This document shows positions 35,515 to 39,185 of a stretch of 39,185 bases of DNA, one piece after another. The notes beneath the pieces were generated by a model. The model saw only the letters and a list, made by a program, of their open reading frames with translations. It had not been told where the DNA came from and made no database searches. Source of the stretch: a virus (lineage: Duplodnaviria > Caudoviricetes). A program made the position numbers and the translations under genes. Each line of letters opens with the position of its first letter. Position 1 is the first letter of the stretch. The stretch is from positions 1 to 39,185 of the IMG/VR virus record IMGVR_UViG_3300028587_000004; one strand, 5' to 3'.

Positions 35515-35525
35515 CTCACTTCTCC

Positions 35526-35741
35526 TTAACTATTAACCTTGTCGTGGGCGGCTAGGGCTTCATCTGCTAAGGCGTTGGCCTCTGCGCGAATTCCAGCAAA
35601 GCCGCTGCATCCATAAACCCGTAAATTCTTAAGCGCCTCAGCCAGCCTCTCTGCATCCTCGCGGGAGGATTGGAGTGCTTTCTCTGCAACGCATGCATCA
35701 CAGCAATCTTTCCTAAATCCGTGATAACAGAACTCGCTCAT
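35526..35741 (-). CDS. hypothetical protein
   Basis: 71 aa; ATGA overlap. Confidence 0.7.
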   Translation of the reverse strand: MSEFCYHGFRKDCCDACVAEKALQSSREDAERLAEALKNLRVYGCSGFAGIRAEANALADEALAAHDKVNS

Positions 35742-36112
35742 TTCTTCTCTCCAAGGGCGCGGATAGCTTTTGCGGCTTCATCATTACGAACCCACTCTGA
35801 CATGCCTTCTAGTACCTCGGCACACTCCTCAATCGTCTCCGCTCTTACTTGCTCTGCATGGGTAGTGGCATGGGATAGCAATACAACATCATGGCTCCCA
35901 AATTCCTCAATGACATTCTCAGGATGCGGCTCTATGTAATAGTCAAACGGACTTGCTTTGATTGTGCCCACAACCTCCAGCCCCTTAGGCTGCTCTGGGG
36001 TGGCACTCATGTGGTAATCGACCATGCGCACTGTCACATCCGATGCAGCGTCTTTGTCGTTTGCTATTAGCGCGGCAACGTATTCGCCAATAAGCTCAGA
36101 TGCTTTGTTCAT
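35738..36112 (-). CDS. hypothetical protein
   Basis: 124 aa, AAGGAG RBS, IEECA...AIRAL motif. Confidence 0.75.
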   Translation of the reverse strand: MNKASELIGEYVAALIANDKDAASDVTVRMVDYHMSATPEQPKGLEVVGTIKASPFDYYIEPHPENVIEEFGSHDVVLLSHATTHAEQVRAETIEECAEVLEGMSEWVRNDEAAKAIRALGEKK

Positions 36113-36150
36113 TCACTCACTCCTTGTAGGTGGGGCGATAAAAGGCTTTG

Positions 36151-36186
36151 TTTATTTGGCTTCTGGTTTAAACACGGCTTTCTCGG
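36151..36186 (-). repeat. dispersed 36-bp element
   Basis: CCGAGAAAGCCGTGTTTAAACCAGAAGCCAAATAAA; encodes the end of gene 36152-36322. Confidence 0.92.
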
Positions 36187-36322
36187 TGTTGTACCAATGA
36201 ACCAACAAAGCAAACGCGCTCCAGTAGATTCCTGATCCGAACACCGTGATAGTCACGTCACCAACAAGGCATGACAGCAAAATTGCCAATACGGTGATTC
36301 CGTAGCACTGTAAGCGGCTCAT
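36152..36322 (-). CDS. small membrane protein (56 aa)
   Basis: Hand translation MSRLQCYGITVLAILLSCLVG...KPEAK. Confidence 0.55.
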   Translation of the reverse strand: MSRLQCYGITVLAILLSCLVGDVTITVFGSGIYWSAFALLVHWYNTEKAVFKPEAK

Positions 36323-36489
36323 TTATCCCACTCCAAAGTCTTTTGCTTCTTTAGGTAGTAATACACCTGAGATGGCGTAGTACCAGCTTGTTTGGCGGCG
36401 CTGTATGGGTTATGGGGCTTTCCATCCTTGCGGATCGTGCCTACCAGAGACACGGCTAGCAGGGCCTTCTTACACTGTGGGCGGCTCAT
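36319..36489 (-). CDS. small HTH DNA-binding protein
   Basis: NPYSAAKQAGTTPSQVYYYLKK; start MSRPQ. Confidence 0.6.
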   Translation of the reverse strand: MSRPQCKKALLAVSLVGTIRKDGKPHNPYSAAKQAGTTPSQVYYYLKKQKTLEWDK

Positions 36490-36695
36490 GCTGGACCCCT
36501 TGCAGCGGATGCCGGTGTCGTCACTTTGAAACACTGAGACATTCGTTCTGCATATTCAGACCCGCGCCGGCTGACTTCAATCGCGGCAGAACGGATCCGG
36601 TTGCAATCTTCAAAGGTTGCGGCAGCTGGGCTGAACTGTATGCCGGCAGAGTAGTGGACATTTACTACAAACATCCAAACAGTAATTGTGCTCAT
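36486..36695 (-). CDS. hypothetical protein
   Basis: 69 aa with ATGA overlaps. Confidence 0.6.
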   Translation of the reverse strand: MSTITVWMFVVNVHYSAGIQFSPAAATFEDCNRIRSAAIEVSRRGSEYAERMSQCFKVTTPASAARGPA

Positions 36696-36775
36696 GCTGC
36701 ACCCACCACAATCAGCAGAAGGCAGAACAGGCCGGCCAAGGTGATCAGGATTGATTGGTTAATCTTGCTTTGCAT
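36692..36775 (-). CDS. 27-aa hydrophobic peptide
   Basis: MQSKINQSILITLAGLFCLLLIVVGAA with a GGAG RBS. Confidence 0.5.
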   Translation of the reverse strand: MQSKINQSILITLAGLFCLLLIVVGAA

Positions 36776-36806
36776 TTCAGTTACTCCGTTCGTTGTTGAT
36801 GTAGTA

Positions 36807-36834
36807 ACTATAGACCAATTAAAATATATATCAA
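36807..36834 (-). promoter_or_regulatory. internal sigma70-like promoter
   Basis: TTGATA-N16-TATAGT with a very AT-rich upstream region. Confidence 0.65.
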
Positions 36835-36885
36835 TCCATTTAGTTGCTATTTAATATAATAGTTTAATGAAAGTCGATAGCCAGC

Positions 36886-37275
36886 CTATATAAGCTCTAT
36901 TCCTAGCTCTGTAGCAGCATAGGCGCTGATCTTGTCGATGTACTCGGTGAATTCAGACACATCTAGGGTAGTCGTGGATATACCGATTAAACGGCCATCA
37001 GGAGTTTCCTCTGCCCCTATGAACTTGAGCTTGAACATTTCATGCCAAGCCTCAGGGGAGAACTGTTTGCCGCCTATCCATGCGCTTTCGGCTATCTCGT
37101 TTAATAGTCGCCAGAGGAGCTTATTCTGCTCAACTGAGCGCTTGGACTTGTACTCTTGTACCGTTACGGATAGAGGTTTGCCTTGGTCTGAACAGGCTCT
37201 AGCGTTAGCCTTCAAAAACGCAATCAGAGAACCTAGATTCTCCGAATTGCGTAGTGTGAAAGTGCGTTGAAGCAT
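36886..37275 (-). CDS. ninB: NinB/Orf-family recombination protein
   Basis: KRSVEQNKLLW, EAWHEMFK, STTTLDVSEFTEYIDKI motifs. Confidence 0.85.
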   Translation of the reverse strand: MLQRTFTLRNSENLGSLIAFLKANARACSDQGKPLSVTVQEYKSKRSVEQNKLLWRLLNEIAESAWIGGKQFSPEAWHEMFKLKFIGAEETPDGRLIGISTTTLDVSEFTEYIDKISAYAATELGIELI

Positions 37276-37592
37276 TACCAAGGAATGTCTTCTGGTGTTT
37301 CTTCTTTATTCGACCTTTGGTTTTGTCCTCGGTCATCTCGGGCCTTTGGCTCACTTGCTTTAGCCAGCAACAGAACTTCGTCGTTAAAACGATCCGAGCC
37401 TTGGCAGTGATTCCACCATTTACCCGTGTTCTCGTTCTTCTGAGCCGGGTAGGAGACAAACTCACCCTTGGCCGTGGAGACAATACGACAACCTCGGATG
37501 GTCATAAAAGCTGGAACACCATCCTTTGAATGTAGATTTAGGTTGAAAGAAGGGTGTTTTCCGTTATTGAACCACTCTACAGATAGATGCAT
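37275..37592 (-). CDS. SpoVG-like nucleic-acid-binding protein, probable SSB
   Basis: IRGCRIV...GEFVSYPA; acidic tail EETPEDIPW; next to the recombinase. Confidence 0.65.
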   Translation of the reverse strand: MHLSVEWFNNGKHPSFNLNLHSKDGVPAFMTIRGCRIVSTAKGEFVSYPAQKNENTGKWWNHCQGSDRFNDEVLLLAKASEPKARDDRGQNQRSNKEETPEDIPW

Positions 37593-38308
37593 TACTTTTG
37601 CTCCTTAGGTACGGCCTTCATGGCGGCGCGTTGTTTTGAATCGAATCGAGTCCAAAGTGCTGCTTGTTCGTCAGCATCTAGTTTCTGAGACTGAATATAG
37701 GCATTAGCGCCAACTGGGTTGCCAGAAGCAAGTAGGCCTACGACCTCCATAGCGATGCCTGTGAGGAATTCACGGCTCTCTTCGCTCTGAGCCTCCCATA
37801 GACCGCCTGTAGGGGTTGCTGGGTTCGCTTTCTTAGGCTCTGGATCAGGCCCATGCAGATCGCCCTTATGCCACAAGTCAAGTGCCGCACCGAAGCGCAT
37901 AGCAGCGTTTCTGAGGGCATCCCCGATGACTTCCTTGATTGCGTCTCCGCCAGACTTATCCCCAGCGTGCCCATAGCCTAACCGCGATGTATTGCACACG
38001 GTAAGACGAATCCACATACCGCCATATTCATCCAGCACAGGAAGGCCGTTAGGGCCGATTGCTAGCGGCTCCCAGAACCATGCCGGATCAGCATCTAGGA
38101 GGCGGTCTGTAAGGGCTGCGTGCCCTACGTAGTCAAGGTGGATTACCTTGGGATGGTGCCAGCCTCCGCATACATCACACCGAACCCCCGCCTTGAAGTC
38201 GTTGCGTACTTCGTCAGTCTGTTGCTTGGTGGGCTTGGGTAGCTTGCTGATTTGGTTTGCTGGGAAGGGTTCCCGCAATAGCTCCAGACCTGTTTTCTTC
38301 GTTTCCAT
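37592..38308 (-). CDS. Rad52/Sak-like single-strand annealing protein
   Basis: LREPF, LDYVGHA..TDRL, KEVIGDALRNAAMRFG..LDLW. Confidence 0.8.
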   Translation of the reverse strand: METKKTGLELLREPFPANQISKLPKPTKQQTDEVRNDFKAGVRCDVCGGWHHPKVIHLDYVGHAALTDRLLDADPAWFWEPLAIGPNGLPVLDEYGGMWIRLTVCNTSRLGYGHAGDKSGGDAIKEVIGDALRNAAMRFGAALDLWHKGDLHGPDPEPKKANPATPTGGLWEAQSEESREFLTGIAMEVVGLLASGNPVGANAYIQSQKLDADEQAALWTRFDSKQRAAMKAVPKEQK

Positions 38309-38417
38309 CTACATTCTCCGTGATTAAGTTAATTAACTGCTCTCTACCTACTTCGTGAAAGTACCGCTCTTCTTCCATTAGATACCTCCGGGTTACTTCT
38401 ATAAATGTTTCAATCAT
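38214..38417 (-). CDS. hypothetical protein
   Basis: AAGGA RBS, but a long overlap with the recombinase gene. Confidence 0.4.
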   Translation of the reverse strand: MIETFIEVTRRYLMEEERYFHEVGREQLINLITENVDGNEENRSGAIAGTLPSKPNQQATQAHQATD

Positions 38418-38455
38418 AGTTCCTTGGTGGCTCAGGATTCGAGCCTGTGTTTCTT

Positions 38456-38491
38456 TTTATTCGGCTTCTTGCTTAAACTCGGTTATCTCGG
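38456..38491 (-). repeat. dispersed 36-bp element
   Basis: CCGAGATAACCGAGTTTAAGCAAGAAGCCGAATAAA; CCG AGA TAA is the methyltransferase end (P-R-stop). Confidence 0.92.
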
Positions 38492-38956
38492 CTGAGATTC
38501 CTTCATGAAAATCATCCAGTGCGTATTTGATGCCTTGCCGCTTGGATGACAAAACAACGGCTTACGGTCTGTAAGCTTAAGAATGTCACTGGTCTTGATC
38601 TGAGTCTGATTCCATTTGAAGACTAGAACCCCGTCGTAATCAAGCACCCGGAAACACTCTTCAAATCCCTTGGCCAAGTCATCACGCCACTGGCCAGACA
38701 ATCGACCATACTTCTTGAACATCCAGCTATTAGAGCCAAGCTTCTCTAAGTGCGGCGGGTCAAATGCTACAAGCTTGAATGAACATTCCTTGAATGGTAA
38801 CGCCGTGAAATCCATAAGCTGATCTGGCTCAATGCTTAACTCACGACCATCACAAAGGATATGATCTTCATGCCTTATATCGCCATAGATAGTGTCTGGG
38901 TGCTTACGGTCAAACCACATCATCCGACTACCACAGCAAACGTCTAAAACTCGCAC
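38483..38956 (-). CDS. SAM-dependent (probably DNA amino-) methyltransferase
   Basis: VLDVCCGSRM motif I, FDPPH catalytic motif, GVLVFKW. Confidence 0.85.
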   Translation of the reverse strand: MRVLDVCCGSRMMWFDRKHPDTIYGDIRHEDHILCDGRELSIEPDQLMDFTALPFKECSFKLVAFDPPHLEKLGSNSWMFKKYGRLSGQWRDDLAKGFEECFRVLDYDGVLVFKWNQTQIKTSDILKLTDRKPLFCHPSGKASNTHWMIFMKESQPR

Positions 38957-38967
38957 AATTATCCCTC

Positions 38968-39117
38968 TCAGCGGCAGAAGCCTAGTTTAAACAACAGACC
39001 AAATAAAAATGCCTTGATCCTTTGAACTCTCCTCATAGGAACCCTACTCCTATATCCGGGACAAGCCATAAAACAATGAACTGTCCAATCTTGGGCTTTG
39101 TGTGAGAACTGTTGCAT
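38968..39117 (-). CDS. hypothetical protein (49 aa) spanning the circular junction
   Basis: Hand translation MQQFSHKAQDW...KLGFCR; TAATG coupling. Confidence 0.45.
   Translation of the reverse strand: MQQFSHKAQDWTVHCFMACPGYRSRVPMRRVQRIKAFLFGLLFKLGFCR
38972..39007 (+). repeat. dispersed 36-bp element, inverted partner of 38456-38491
   Basis: CGGCAGAAGCCTAGTTTAAACAACAGACCAAATAAA. Confidence 0.75.
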
Positions 39118-39185
39118 TACTGAATCTCCAGCCTATGAAGATGACCACGGAACTCAAGAAGATCACTCTTAAGGTCTGCAATATG
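39059..39185. repeat. 127-bp terminal overlap (copy 2)
   Basis: Identical to 1-127. Confidence 0.95.

Noticed and set aside
675-39007. 36-bp elements as CRISPR repeats, attC or dif/pdif sites
   Set aside because: They are dispersed with no regular spacers, have no attC-type internal palindrome or RYYYAAC/GTTRRRY pair, and lack a XerD arm (TTATGTTAAAT).
39059-39185. 127-bp terminal repeat as a physical phage DTR
   Set aside because: The length equals a common assembler k-mer and an ORF crosses the junction. It is best read as circular assembly overlap.

Overview
The window is a complete, circularly closed ~39.06-kb podovirus-type dsDNA phage genome: bases 1-127 are repeated at 39059-39185, which is an assembly overlap. 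The layout is lambdoid/P22-like. A divergent control region lies at ~2.9 kb. The leftward early arm carries a Gly-Tyr repeat protein, a DNA methyltransferase, a Sak/Rad52-like recombinase, a SpoVG-like SSB, NinB and many small accessory genes. The rightward arm carries a Cro-like HTH, a DUF559 nuclease, a replication initiator with iterons, and NinG. These are followed by terS/terL, portal, scaffold, major capsid, short-tail and ejection proteins, tail fibre, and a lysis cassette with nested spanins. No integrase, CI, N or Q was recognisable. The host is probably a Gram-negative proteobacterium (inference). Four signals stand out. (1) A dispersed ~36-bp element has 8 strong and about 3 degenerate copies. 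It caps the 3' ends of accessory genes and brackets three single genes as inverted pairs, suggesting an undescribed gene-cassette system. (2) An antisense HNH homing endonuclease is inserted at the start of a tail gene, with a synonymously recoded duplicate N-terminus and a stop-free 209-codon bridge ORF that could preserve translational coupling. (3) A ~500-nt cluster of tRNA-like and structured ncRNA candidates sits at 31.5-32.0 kb. (4) A (Gly-Tyr)n microsatellite gene is coupled to the first early gene. All product calls come from recognising motifs by eye; no searches were run.
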